From: Deltaproteobacteria bacterium
Lineage (GTDB): Bacteria > Myxococcota_A > Polyangia > Polyangiales > Houyiibacteriaceae
Length of the DNA: 64,000 nt
Assembly (NCBI GenBank): GCA_034670305.1
Contig: JAXMNT010000015.1
Location: forward strand, 84,417-148,416
Reading direction: 5' to 3'
The number at the start of each line of letters is the position of its first letter. Positions within the stretch are counted from its first letter, which is position 1. Below the pieces are notes generated by a model. That model was not told the DNA's origin. It searched no databases and saw nothing but the letters and a program-made list of their open reading frames with translations. A program made the translations under genes and the position numbers. Positions 10,301-22,585 of the stretch are shown here, piece by piece.

Positions 10301-10574
10301 GTGGTTCTCCGCCAGTCTCCGGCGCAGGTGGCGCGGGAGCTGGTCGTTCTTGGGTTCAGTAGCTGAACTCGGAAGGCGGAGACTGAAGCTCGGTCCTCGG
10401 TCAGAACGCTCGAAATCGCGGAGTTTCGCGTGCGAGCCCTCGGAACGAGGTACGAACCAGCTGCCCCGTCCTTCGGAGCCGCCGCATTCTGTCCGACCCG
10501 CCCCAAAACGCAACCCCGGACGGCGGCCGTGAGCGACCGCACGCACCTGGTCGGGTGTCGACCGGTCCGCGCGC

Positions 10575-13097
<2,523 letters not shown>

Positions 13098-13237
13098 GGG
13101 CCGAGCATACCCGACGCCTGGTGTTTGCAGTCCAGATGCGAGGATCGGTCCGCCGCTGGAAGCGAATGCGGAGTGGGAGCCACAGAACGTCCCGATTCGG
13201 CGACGATTGGCCGCTTCTTGTCGCCGAAGCCGGCCGC

Positions 13238-13265
13238 TTGACCGTCGTTCGACCCCTGCCATACT
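13238..13265 (+). promoter_or_regulatory. Putative sigma70 promoter of rpsO
   Basis: TTGACC-16 nt-CATACT with an extended -10 TG. Confidence 0.55.
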
Positions 13266-13309
13266 CCGCCGCCTTGCTCGGCAAAACGTCGAGTGAGACC
13301 CAACTCCCA

Positions 13310-13349
13310 CGCGTTCGCCCGTGCCGCGAACGCGCCGGTCCTCGGCACG
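13310..13349 (+). promoter_or_regulatory. Putative S15 autoregulatory leader (H-type pseudoknot)
   Basis: Perfect 9-bp stem 13310-13318/13326-13334; loop CGTGCC complementary to GGCACG at 13344-13349, 14 nt before the ATG. Confidence 0.65.
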
Positions 13350-13363
13350 AAAGACAACACACC

Positions 13364-13633
13364 ATGGCCCTGCATACCGACCGCAAGAGCGAACTCATCC
13401 AGTCCTTCCGCGTCCACGACGGAGACACCGGTTCGCCCGAGGTCCAGATCGCCCTCCTCACCGAGCGCATCATCTACCTCACCGAGCACTTCAAGACGCA
13501 CAAGAAGGACCACCACAGCCGTCGTGGTCTTCTGAAGCTCGTCAGCCGCCGTCGCCGTCTCCTCGACTACGTCCGCGGCAAGGACGTGGAGCGCTACCGC
13601 AACATCATCACCGCGCTCGGCATCCGTAAGTAA
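13364..13633 (+). CDS. rpsO: 30S ribosomal protein S15
   Basis: 89 aa; [36 protein letters not shown]. Confidence 0.99.
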   Translation: MALHTDRKSELIQSFRVHDGDTGSPEVQIALLTERIIYLTEHFKTHKKDHHSRRGLLKLVSRRRRLLDYVRGKDVERYRNIITALGIRK

Positions 13634-13662
13634 GCCGACCTGCTGGAGCGATGAGAAGAAGT

Positions 13663-13699
13663 GAAGGCGTCCGCATCGCGCGGGCGCCTTTTTCTTTTC
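13663..13699 (+). terminator. Intrinsic terminator of rpsO
   Basis: AAGGCGTCCGC-ATCGC-GCGGGCGCCTT stem followed by TTTCTTTT. Confidence 0.85.
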
Positions 13700-13703
13700 G
13701 CGG

Positions 13704-13992
<289 letters not shown>

Positions 13993-14025
13993 CGGCCGGC
14001 GCCCCGAGGGACGCCGGCCTCAATC

Positions 14026-14340
14026 TCAGCGGCTGAGCTTGTAGAGCATCGCGCACACGTGGTCGCACTGGTCGAGGAGCGCCTCGTCCACCTCCACGTA
14101 CCCGAAGACCTCGGCCAGCTGCATCGCAGCCTTCAGCTCGCTGCACTCGCCGTACGCAATCGAGAACTTGTCGTGACAACGAAGCCCTCGCGCCTGCCGA
14201 GCCTCCGCGATGTTGAGGACCACGCCCTGCGCCGCCCGCTGCATCTGAGAAGCGAGCGAAGCGTCGTGCTTGCGAACGCTCGGCAGCACCTGAGCGCGCA
14301 GCGAACGCACGAGTTCAAAAGAAGTTTGTAGAACGATCAT
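14026..14340 (-). CDS. Four-helix-bundle protein (23S rRNA intervening-sequence protein/Avd-like family), 104 aa
   Basis: [19 protein letters not shown]...[23 protein letters not shown]...MLYKL matches the family pattern Q..RA..S..NIAEG...F..A.GS..E. Confidence 0.85.
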   Translation of the reverse strand: MIVLQTSFELVRSLRAQVLPSVRKHDASLASQMQRAAQGVVLNIAEARQARGLRCHDKFSIAYGECSELKAAMQLAEVFGYVEVDEALLDQCDHVCAMLYKLSR

Positions 14341-14395
14341 CGGAGACCCCTGTGTGAACACGACCGAGCGACATGCCCGGCGGCCGCAGGCCGCC

Positions 14396-14481
14396 GTCGT
14401 CTGGCGGGTCAGGGGTCAAGGGCGAAGCGGCGCGCAGGCGCCGGGCCGAAGGCACCCTTGAGGCCTGGCACGCCAGACGAC
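14396..14481. repeat. Nested palindromic element upstream of the four-helix-bundle gene
   Basis: GTCGTCTGGCG/CGCCAGACGAC outer arms; TCAAGGG/CCCTTGA inner arms; GCGAAGC and GCCGAAGGC mini-hairpins. Confidence 0.8.
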
Positions 14482-14595
14482 ACGCTTGATCACCCGCCGG
14501 GCACAACCCCACCCCCAATGGGCTCTCGAATCCGACTCCGAAGGAGCGGATGAGGCCGACTCCGAAGGAGAGGCTACAGCCCGGAGCGAAAGGAA

Positions 14596-14709
14596 GCGGA
14601 GGCGGGAGCGGGAGCGGGAGCGGGAAGCGGTAGCGGTAGCGGTAGCGGTAGCGGGAGCGGTAGCGGTAACGGAAGCGGAAGCGGAAGCGGTAGCGGTAGC
14701 GGAAGCGGA
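14596..14709. repeat. Hexanucleotide tandem array (GCGGGA/GCGGTA/GCGGAA)
   Basis: Directly visible just after the L,D-transpeptidase stop. Confidence 0.95.
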
Positions 14710-14716
14710 TAAGCCC

Positions 14717-15274
14717 CTACTCCCGAATCTCGATCACCGCCCCGTCCGCCACCGCCCCGTACAACTCCTCCGCTTCCTCATCCGTCACGGCGATGCAGCC
14801 CGCGGTCCAGTTGCGCATGAAGCGCGGCACGAGTGCCGGTGTCCCGTGGATCCCGATCGCACCACCGATGCCCACCACGTCGCCGTCCTCGTCTTCGGGG
14901 AGCTCGCCGCGCTCGCGAAGCCCGCGGTACCGCCGGCGGTCGTCTGCGTTCGGATAGGAGACGTGGAGGAATCGATGAAACGAGGCGCTGTGGTGGCGGC
15001 TGTCGATGCGGTAGCGGCCTTCGGGGGTGCGGGCGTCGCCTTCCCACTGCTTCGGGCCGAGCCCGCCCACGCCCACCGCGACCCGGTACACCTTGATGAG
15101 TTCGCGCCCACGGTACGCGCTCATGGTGTGGTCGCTCTTGTCGACCAGCAGCCGGGTGATGCGCATGCCGCGCGGCAGCGGTCCGGTCACCGAACCTTGG
15201 GCCAGCGCGGCGCCGCACGCGACGAGCACGCTCAGCGCGACGAGGGCGAGGCGTGTCTGGGTGCGGAGCATCAT
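14717..15274 (-). CDS. L,D-transpeptidase family (YkuD) protein
   Basis: Signal peptide; LLVDKSDH, KQWEGDARTPEGRY, SYPN, IGIHG...WTAGCIA catalytic motif. Confidence 0.9.
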   Translation of the reverse strand: MMLRTQTRLALVALSVLVACGAALAQGSVTGPLPRGMRITRLLVDKSDHTMSAYRGRELIKVYRVAVGVGGLGPKQWEGDARTPEGRYRIDSRHHSASFHRFLHVSYPNADDRRRYRGLRERGELPEDEDGDVVGIGGAIGIHGTPALVPRFMRNWTAGCIAVTDEEAEELYGAVADGAVIEIRE

Positions 15275-15357
15275 CCGCCATCCTACACACGAGCGGTGCG
15301 CGCGCATTCCACGCGCGTGATCACAATTGAAGTAGCGGCGTCGCCACCCGTGCGACC

Positions 15358-16059
15358 ATGTCCACCATGCCCGCCACGAAGACCTGGATCCCCATCAACG
15401 ACGATCTCCGCGTGCTCGAGTACAGCTTCGGGCCGGGCAACTCCAACGCGTTCGCGTTTCGAGCCATGGATGGCTGGGTGATCATGAGCCCGCCCTGCAA
15501 GGTCGACGAGTCGGCCTACGAGGGGTTCGATGGGGGCGTGACCGCGCTCGTGGCCACCAACGGCTTTCACCACCTCGGTCTGCGTCCATGGAAGGAGCGT
15601 TTCCCGGACGCCACCCTGCACGCGCACGAGAAGGCCGCGAAGCGGATCGCAAAGAAGCAGAAGGGCCTCGCGCTCGACTCACTCGATGCGCTCAACGAGA
15701 AGCTCCCCGAGAGCACCCAGGTCGTGGCCACGCCACACTTGAAGACGCCCGACGGCCACGTGTTCGTCTCCACCGACGCGGGCACCTACTGGTACACGGG
15801 CGACACCGTGGGCAACTCTCCGTTGCCCAAGAACGCCGTGTTCGGCTGGCTGTTCAAGATCACAGGCAGCGGCCCTGGCTACAAGGTCAACCACCTCATC
15901 CTGAAGTTCCTCGGCGCCAACAAGCCACCGTTGAAGCAGTGGATGCTCGAACGGATCGAAGCGAACCCGCTTGCGGGTGTGATTCCTGGGCACGGCGACA
16001 CGGTGCTCGAGGCGGACGCCCACGACCGCACCAAGTCCATGCTCGAAACCGAGATGTAG
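15358..16059 (+). CDS. Hypothetical protein, probable metallo-beta-lactamase-like fold
   Basis: ATNGFHHLG, YTGD, IPGHG motifs. Confidence 0.6.
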   Translation: MSTMPATKTWIPINDDLRVLEYSFGPGNSNAFAFRAMDGWVIMSPPCKVDESAYEGFDGGVTALVATNGFHHLGLRPWKERFPDATLHAHEKAAKRIAKKQKGLALDSLDALNEKLPESTQVVATPHLKTPDGHVFVSTDAGTYWYTGDTVGNSPLPKNAVFGWLFKITGSGPGYKVNHLILKFLGANKPPLKQWMLERIEANPLAGVIPGHGDTVLEADAHDRTKSMLETEM

Positions 16060-16086
16060 AACGGGTTGGGTTGCTGCGCCTGGCGG

Positions 16087-16821
16087 CTACCCAGCGAAGG
16101 GGATCAACGTGCGCAGCTGCCGCACCCGTTCACGCGCCAGCGGCACCCGCGGCGTCTCGGGGTGGTCGAGCACGATCTCGTAGGTGCCCGCGCCGCTCGG
16201 CTCGAGGCTCCGGATGCTCGTGATGCGTACGAGGCAGCTCCGGTGCGAGCGGAAGAACTCCCCTTCGGGCGCGCGGCGCGTCACCGCCGCGAGGGTGAGA
16301 TCGAGCGCGTAGGCGTCGTCCTGGGTCACCGCCCACACGAGCTCGTCGCGCACGTGGAAGTACACGACGTCGGCCACGTCGACGACCACGTACCCGCCGC
16401 GGCGTCGCACCGCGAGCCGGTCGAGCGTCTCTTCGCTCGGACGGTCGCCCTTGAGGTTGGCGCGCACCCGCTCGAGCGTTGTCTTGAGGCGCTCGAGCCG
16501 CACCGGCTTGAGCAGGTAGTCGAGCACTTCGGCTTCGTAGGCGCGCAACGCGCCGTCGTCGTGGGCGGAGACCACCACCACGTTCAAGGCCGGGTCCTTG
16601 GCCCGCAGCGCTTCGGCGAGGGCGATGCCATCGGGGCCGGGCATTCTCAGATCCACGAAGGCCACATCGGGTGCCGCGTCTTCGACCACGCCGACGGCGG
16701 TCTTGGCATTGCCGGCTTCGCCAACGACTTCGACGTCGAGCTGGCCGAGCAAGAACGTGAGTTCGTCGCGGGCCAGCGGCTCGTCGTCCACCACGACGGC
16801 ACGGATCTTCTCTTTGCTCAT
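16087..16821 (-). CDS. LytTR family response regulator
   Basis: VVDDEPLAR, FVDLRMPG, DYLLKPV, FFRSHRSCLV; ATGA overlap with the kinase stop. Confidence 0.95.
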   Translation of the reverse strand: MSKEKIRAVVVDDEPLARDELTFLLGQLDVEVVGEAGNAKTAVGVVEDAAPDVAFVDLRMPGPDGIALAEALRAKDPALNVVVVSAHDDGALRAYEAEVLDYLLKPVRLERLKTTLERVRANLKGDRPSEETLDRLAVRRRGGYVVVDVADVVYFHVRDELVWAVTQDDAYALDLTLAAVTRRAPEGEFFRSHRSCLVRITSIRSLEPSGAGTYEIVLDHPETPRVPLARERVRQLRTLIPFAG

Positions 16822-18077
16822 GCAGCGGTCCTCTCGGCCTCCGGGTTCACCTCGTCCCAGGGTATCTCGACCCGGGCACACATCCCCGTTTCATGTGGAT
16901 CGAGGGTGAGCTTCGCCTCCCCTCGAAAACGCATGGCGAGCCGCTCTCGCAGCGTCTCGAGCGCAATGCCCGCGCCGTCCTCGAGCACCCCGATGCGGGT
17001 GCCTTGGGAACGGTCGATCACCCGCACCACGAGTCGGTCTTGTTCGATGGTCGCCTCGATGCGCACCACGCCCGGTCCATCGTGGGCCCCGACGCCGTGT
17101 TTGACCGCGTTCTCGACGAGCGGCTGCAGGAGCAACGCCGGGACCTGCGCTTGGGCGGCGCGCGGGTCCACTTCGGTCTCGACCACGAGCCGCGCGTCTC
17201 CGAGCCGCGCGCGTTCGATCGCCAGGTACGCGCAGGCGTGGTCGACTTCGCTCTGGAGCGGCGCGTCCTGCGGGTGGTTGAGCAGGTAGCGGTACAAGTC
17301 AGAGAGATCGTTCACGAGCTCGCGGGCTTTGGCCGGGTCGACGCGGATCGTCGCGCGGAGGGTGTTGAGTGCGTTGAACAAGAAGTGCGGTTCCAAGCGG
17401 CGGCGGAGCGCTTCGAGCGCGAGGTGATCCGCGGCCGCCTGGGCTCCGACGAGTGCGACGGCCGCTTCTTCACGCGCGAGTACGACTCGGGTGGTGAAGA
17501 CGAAGATCGTCACGCACACCGCGACCCCGCCCGCCTGCACCAGGATGACCGGCCACGTCGCCAAGAAGTCCAGGGTCGTGCCGCCGCCGCTCGCGGTCAG
17601 GGCGAGCGTCAGCGCGATGAACCCGAAGCGCAGCACCTCCGCCGAAAAGGTCGTGAGAAACGCCCGCCAGCCTTGGAACCAGTCCGGGTGCCGTTCGATG
17701 ACCCAGGCGGCGAACATGCCTTCGAAGGTGGTCGCCGCGACACCGACCAACCCGAGCGAGGGCTCGACGCGGTAGACGTAGAAGAGCCCGCTGAGCAGCC
17801 CGGTCATGAGGCCGACCCGGCCGCCGCCAAGAATGGCGGCCATCATCACGCCGACCGCATGAATGTTCACGTGGGCGCCAAGCCACCATTCGCCCATCTT
17901 CGCGCCCCACATGGCGAGACAGAAGCCGATCAGGAGCGCGGCAAACCGGTCGCGGGGATGTCCCCCGAGTCCGAGCAAACGGTTGCGGAGCCACGGCACG
18001 AGCACCGAGACCAAGCCGGCGGTCACCACCAGCCCGAGCTTCTCGGCGATCTCGATGAGGATGAGCCGGATGTCCAC
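16818..18077 (-). CDS. LytS-type membrane sensor histidine kinase
   Basis: N-terminal TM segments; LEPHFLFNALN, YLAIERARLG, LQPLVENAVKHG. Confidence 0.93.
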   Translation of the reverse strand: MDIRLILIEIAEKLGLVVTAGLVSVLVPWLRNRLLGLGGHPRDRFAALLIGFCLAMWGAKMGEWWLGAHVNIHAVGVMMAAILGGGRVGLMTGLLSGLFYVYRVEPSLGLVGVAATTFEGMFAAWVIERHPDWFQGWRAFLTTFSAEVLRFGFIALTLALTASGGGTTLDFLATWPVILVQAGGVAVCVTIFVFTTRVVLAREEAAVALVGAQAAADHLALEALRRRLEPHFLFNALNTLRATIRVDPAKARELVNDLSDLYRYLLNHPQDAPLQSEVDHACAYLAIERARLGDARLVVETEVDPRAAQAQVPALLLQPLVENAVKHGVGAHDGPGVVRIEATIEQDRLVVRVIDRSQGTRIGVLEDGAGIALETLRERLAMRFRGEAKLTLDPHETGMCARVEIPWDEVNPEAERTAA

Positions 18078-18087
18078 GGCGCGTACT

Positions 18088-19065
18088 CTAGTTCATCTGA
18101 CTTCGCCGCAGCACTGCGGCTTCGGCTTGCCGCATCAGCTCGCGCGCGCCGCGATCGATGAGTCCCTGTGCGACCTCTTGGCCGAGCGCTCGCGCATTCT
18201 CGATCGCCGACGCGTCCGTGGTCTGGAGGTAGAGTTCGCCCATGCCATCGAGGATCGACCGACCCTCGATGTCGCCCACCATCGCCTGGAGCGACAAGCG
18301 GCCGTCGGCGAGTCGCGCGTGTCCCGCGATCGGCACCCGGCAGCTGCCTTCGAGCGCGATGAGCAGCGCGCGCTCCGCCTCGGTCACCACCCGCGTGTCG
18401 GCGTGTTCGAGCCGGCGAACGAGTTCGACCGTGTCGGTGTCTTCGAGGCGGGCCTCGAGCGCGAGCGTGCCTTGCCCGATCGCCGGCAAGCAGACGTCCC
18501 GTTCGAGCAACACATGCGGCTGCCCCTCGAGCAGACCGAGCCGGGTCAGCCCCGCCGCCGCGAGCACGATGCCGTCGTAGTCCCCGTCGCGCAGACGCTT
18601 CAGTCGGGTGTCGACGTTGCCGCGCAGTGTCTTGAACGCGAGGTCCGGGCGGTGCCGCCGAAGCTGGGTCTCGCGCCGGAGCGAGGTCGTGCCGATGACC
18701 GCGCCCGCGCTCAGGTCCATCAGGTCTTCGCCGTCACGCGTCAGCAACACGTCGCGCGGATCTTCGCGCTCGGGAAAACACACGAGGCCGAGTCCTTCTG
18801 CGGGCTGCACGTCACCCGGGACATCCTTGAGCGAGTGCACCGCGAGGTCGGCTTCACCGCGAGCGACGTACGCTTCGACCTCGCTCACGAACAGCCCCTT
18901 GCCACCGACCTCGTGCAGCGGCCGGTCCTGCACCCGGTCCCCTTCGGTGACCACCTGGATCTCTTCCACCTCGAGCCCAGGCTCGAACGCACGAAGCTGA
19001 GCCGCCACCCAACGGGTCTGCCAGAGCGCAAGGTTCGATCCGCGTGTCGCGATCCGGAGCTTCAT
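18088..19065 (-). CDS. hemC: Hydroxymethylbilane synthase
   Basis: [44 protein letters not shown]. Confidence 0.97.
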   Translation of the reverse strand: MKLRIATRGSNLALWQTRWVAAQLRAFEPGLEVEEIQVVTEGDRVQDRPLHEVGGKGLFVSEVEAYVARGEADLAVHSLKDVPGDVQPAEGLGLVCFPEREDPRDVLLTRDGEDLMDLSAGAVIGTTSLRRETQLRRHRPDLAFKTLRGNVDTRLKRLRDGDYDGIVLAAAGLTRLGLLEGQPHVLLERDVCLPAIGQGTLALEARLEDTDTVELVRRLEHADTRVVTEAERALLIALEGSCRVPIAGHARLADGRLSLQAMVGDIEGRSILDGMGELYLQTTDASAIENARALGQEVAQGLIDRGARELMRQAEAAVLRRSQMN

Positions 19066-19100
19066 GCGCGGGGGCATAGCATGCCAGTGCCGAACCCAAA

Positions 19101-19421
19101 GGAGTCGGAGTCGGAGTCGGAGTCGGAGTCGGGCGTCGGCGTCGGCGTCGGCTTCGGCTTCGGCTTCGGTTTCGGCTTCGGCGTCGGCTTCGGCGTCGGC
19201 TTCGGCGTCGGCTTCGGCTTCGGCTTCGGCGTCGGCTTCGGCTTCGGCTTCGGCGTCGGCGTCGGCGTCGGCGTCGGCTTCGGCGTCGGCGTCGGCGTCG
19301 GCTTCGGCGTCGGCTTCGGCTTCGGCTTCGGCTTCGGTATCGGCTTCCGCTTCCGCTACCGCTTCCGCTACCGCTACCGCTACCGCTACCGCTACCGCTA
19401 CCGCTACCGCTCCCGCTTCCG
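19101..19421. repeat. Composite hexanucleotide array (GGAGTC > GGCGTC/GGCTTC > CGCTTC/CGCTAC)
   Basis: Directly visible between hemA and hemC. Confidence 0.97.
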
Positions 19422-19437
19422 CGCCCCCCCCCGCCGC

Positions 19438-20772
19438 TCAGGAGCGTGACTTCTCGGGCGCCAGCTTGCCGTCCTCGCTCGGCTCGGCGTCTTCGCCCGC
19501 GACCTCGCCGAGATCGAACAGGGTTCGGGTCGCTTCGATCAGCGCGGCGCCGTCCGGTCCACGCGCACCGCGTTTCAGTGCACTCAGCGGCGTGTGCAGA
19601 AGCTTCGAGACCATGGACTTCACCATGCGGTCGAGTACCTGACGTTCTTTCGGGCCCAGCTCGAGCTTGCCGCTCGAACGCTGCAGCTCCGCCAGCGCGA
19701 CTGCGGTGAACCGTTCCCGCAGCGCGATGATCGTCGGCGTGAGATCCAGGCTCCTGCGCCAGACCTCGAACTCCTCGACCTCGATCTCGACGATGCGTTC
19801 GGCCGCGTCGGCGGATTTCGCGCGCTGCTTGATGTTCTCTTCGGCGACCCGCTGCAGGTCGTCGACGTCGTACAAGAAGACGTTTTCGAGATCGCCGACC
19901 CGGGGGTCCACATCGCGCGGCACGGCGATGTCGATCAAGAAGAGCGGACGGCCTCGGCGCGCCTTCGAGACATCCTTCATCATGGGCGCGGTGAGGACGT
20001 AGCTCGGACTCGACGTGGAGGTGATGACGACATCCGCCCGCACCAGCTCGGCCGCCAGCTGCACGTAGGGCACGGCTTCGCCGTTGCACGCCGTGGCCAA
20101 CGCTTCCGCGCGTGCAGGGCTGCGGTTGACCACCACGAGGTGGGCGCCACTGCCCGACAGACTCTTCGCGGCGGCTTCGCCCATTTCACCGGCGCCGAGC
20201 AGGAGCACCCGACGCCCGGACAGGTCGCCGAAGATCTTCCGCGCGAGCGAGGTCGCGATCGAGGACACGCTGACGGTGCCTTCGGCGATGCCGGTCTCGG
20301 TCCGGACCCGTTTGGCGACCGCGAACGCGCGGGTGAAGCAGCGGCCGAGCAGCATGCCCACCGTGCCCGCCTGTTGCGCGCGGTCGTAGGCTTCTTTCAC
20401 TTGGCCCAGGATCTGCGGCTCGCCGACCACCATCGAGTCGAGGCTCGCCGCCACTCGGAACGCGTGCCGCACAGCATCGCGCCCTCGGTGTCCGTAGACC
20501 GCGTCTCCGCTCGCGAGCACCTGCTCGAACGCGGCGCCGGCGCGCTCGCGAAGTACCGTGCGGGCGGACTGAATCGAACCGGCCGCGTCGTCGGTCACGC
20601 CGTAGAGCTCCACTCGGTTGCAGGTCGAGATGGCGACCGCCTCCGCGAACACTTCGCGGCGCAACAGCTCCGCAAGGAACACCTCGAGCGATCCGGTCTC
20701 GCCGGCCAGTTGCTCGCGCACCTGCAGTGGCGCGGTGTGGTGCGAGAGCCCCACGACGACAACGCTGCTCAC
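19438..20772 (-). CDS. hemA: Glutamyl-tRNA reductase
   Basis: GLSHHTAP, STCNRVE, LDSMVVGEPQILGQVK, GAGEM, DIAVPRD; GTGA overlap with the upstream gene. Confidence 0.97.
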   Translation of the reverse strand: MSSVVVVGLSHHTAPLQVREQLAGETGSLEVFLAELLRREVFAEAVAISTCNRVELYGVTDDAAGSIQSARTVLRERAGAAFEQVLASGDAVYGHRGRDAVRHAFRVAASLDSMVVGEPQILGQVKEAYDRAQQAGTVGMLLGRCFTRAFAVAKRVRTETGIAEGTVSVSSIATSLARKIFGDLSGRRVLLLGAGEMGEAAAKSLSGSGAHLVVVNRSPARAEALATACNGEAVPYVQLAAELVRADVVITSTSSPSYVLTAPMMKDVSKARRGRPLFLIDIAVPRDVDPRVGDLENVFLYDVDDLQRVAEENIKQRAKSADAAERIVEIEVEEFEVWRRSLDLTPTIIALRERFTAVALAELQRSSGKLELGPKERQVLDRMVKSMVSKLLHTPLSALKRGARGPDGAALIEATRTLFDLGEVAGEDAEPSEDGKLAPEKSRS

Positions 20773-21566
20773 GACGAGAGCCCCGTTCGAAGCATGTACC
20801 CTACGAGGACCACGGACGTGCAGAGGAACCCGACGATGGTGCCGTAGGCCGCCCGCCGGCCACGCCAACCGGCCGCCATGCGCAGTCCGAGCACACCGGC
20901 GAAGAGCGTCCAGGCGATGAACGCGAACGCGTGCGACGCGGTGAAGCCGAGCATCGCTTGCTCGAGTCGAAACGCCCAGAACGCGCCGCTGAGAATGCCG
21001 AGGGTCAGGAGCGGAAAGCCGACCAGCACCGCGCGCAGTCCGAACCGGTCGAGGACGTCGAGCGCCGGCAGACGCTCGAAGAGCCCGCCGAGGTTCTTGC
21101 GGCGGAGCATGCGCTCCTGCAGCACGTAGGCGAGCGACGCACCGAACGCGAGCGCGAACGCGACCAACCCGAGCACGTTGACGACGATGTGGATCGGCAC
21201 GAGCAACGATTCGTTGGACGCGTGCTCGACACTGCGGCCGATCCCCGATCCCAAGAAGAAGAAGAGCGCGACCGGCACGAGGAACGCGCCGAGCACCGAG
21301 ATGTTCTCACGGCGCAGCTGGGCCAACAGAAATGCGAGGGCGATGCCCACCGACAGCCCCGTGAGCGTCTGGTGCATGCGGCCCATCGGCGAGCCGAGCG
21401 AGACGTCCATGGACACGAACGCGACTTGCAGCGCGATCGCACCGAGCAGCGTCCAGCGGGCGAACCGGGTCGCGCGGTTGTTGCCCTTGATGAGCGAGGT
21501 CAAATAGAGACCGGCCGCGGCCGCATAAGCGAGCGCGGTGGCGGCGAAGAGTGCGGTGACCCACAC
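20769..21566 (-). CDS. Cytochrome c assembly (CcsA/HemX-like) membrane protein
   Basis: YVLQERMLRRK...RLPALDVLD...GFPLLTLGILSGAFWA, GWRGRRAA; position upstream of hemA. Confidence 0.85.
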   Translation of the reverse strand: MWVTALFAATALAYAAAAGLYLTSLIKGNNRATRFARWTLLGAIALQVAFVSMDVSLGSPMGRMHQTLTGLSVGIALAFLLAQLRRENISVLGAFLVPVALFFFLGSGIGRSVEHASNESLLVPIHIVVNVLGLVAFALAFGASLAYVLQERMLRRKNLGGLFERLPALDVLDRFGLRAVLVGFPLLTLGILSGAFWAFRLEQAMLGFTASHAFAFIAWTLFAGVLGLRMAAGWRGRRAAYGTIVGFLCTSVVLVGYMLRTGLSS

Positions 21567-21575
21567 GGCGCGTGC

Positions 21576-21950
21576 CTACCGTTGGCCCAGGAAGAACCGG
21601 GTGATGCGGCCGATCGCTTCGTTGCCTGCCACCTGGGTGGGTGGTTCACCGTCGAAGATCGGCTCGCCCAGAAAGCCCTCGACGACCTGGTACGCGCTCT
21701 CGTCGAGAATGACGGAGTCCGCGCAGTGTTCCCCGCCGATTTCGGCGAGCTGGTCCAGGTCCTTCACCTTGCCGATCAACTCCGCTTCGTCTCCACCGCC
21801 CGCCACTTCTTCCAGAAAGTGCAGCGCGGTCTTGAGCTGAAAGCGCTGTCCGCCCGACAGGGTGAGGATCTCCCCATCCACAGAGACGTGCTCCTCGGTC
21901 ATCCAGACGTCGAGGGTCTCTTGCGAGACGAAGAGTCGGTGGTCGGTCAT
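21576..21950 (-). CDS. Hypothetical protein
   Basis: Coding-like composition; co-oriented within the trxA-hem run. Confidence 0.75.
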   Translation of the reverse strand: MTDHRLFVSQETLDVWMTEEHVSVDGEILTLSGGQRFQLKTALHFLEEVAGGGDEAELIGKVKDLDQLAEIGGEHCADSVILDESAYQVVEGFLGEPIFDGEPPTQVAGNEAIGRITRFFLGQR

Positions 21951-22059
21951 CGCGCGTTAAGGTAGCAGGGCTCTGCGGTCGGCGACAGGAACCCGCGTGG
22001 CCCAGCCGCGCTTGCCCCACCGCGGTTCGGGCGGGGCAAGGGCATGGGCGACTGGGTCC

Positions 22060-22386
22060 CTAGAGGCCGCGGTCCATCAGCTCGGCGATCTTCGCCTTCG
22101 GGGCCGCACCGACGTGCTCCGCGATGACCTGGCCACCCTTGAAGACCTTGAGGGTCGGGACGCCACGGATGCCGTACTTCGCGGCGGTGCCCGGGCTCTC
22201 GTCGATGTCGACCTTCATGACCTTCATCTTGCCGGTGTACTCCTCGGCGAGCTGGTCGACGAAGGGCGCGATCTGCTTGCAGGGGCCACACCACGTGGCG
22301 GAGAAGTCGACGAGCACCGGGAGTTCCGATTCCACGACCTCCGAGTCGAAGTTGAGGTCGTTCACATCCTGTACGTGTCGGCTCAT
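22060..22386 (-). CDS. trxA: Thioredoxin
   Basis: WCGPCK active site, 108 aa. Confidence 0.97.
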   Translation of the reverse strand: MSRHVQDVNDLNFDSEVVESELPVLVDFSATWCGPCKQIAPFVDQLAEEYTGKMKVMKVDIDESPGTAAKYGIRGVPTLKVFKGGQVIAEHVGAAPKAKIAELMDRGL

Positions 22387-22585
22387 GTCCTGGTCTTTCC
22401 TCTGGGGCGGCGCACGGTGCGCCTTCGGGATTGGTAGAGACTCCGCTCCGCGCTGTCAACGCGACGGGGCAGCAGGTTGGACGTGTGTCAGGGCCCGACG
22501 TTACGTCACCCCGGTCCCAGTACCGCAGCGGCGCCCGAATCCAGTAGGATGCCGGCGGATGAGGATCGCAGGAAGGGCCCGTGGA

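Noticed and set aside
14026-14340. Diversity-generating retroelement suggested by the Avd-like gene
   Set aside because: No reverse transcriptase and no TR/VR pair with adenine-specific mismatches seen in the window
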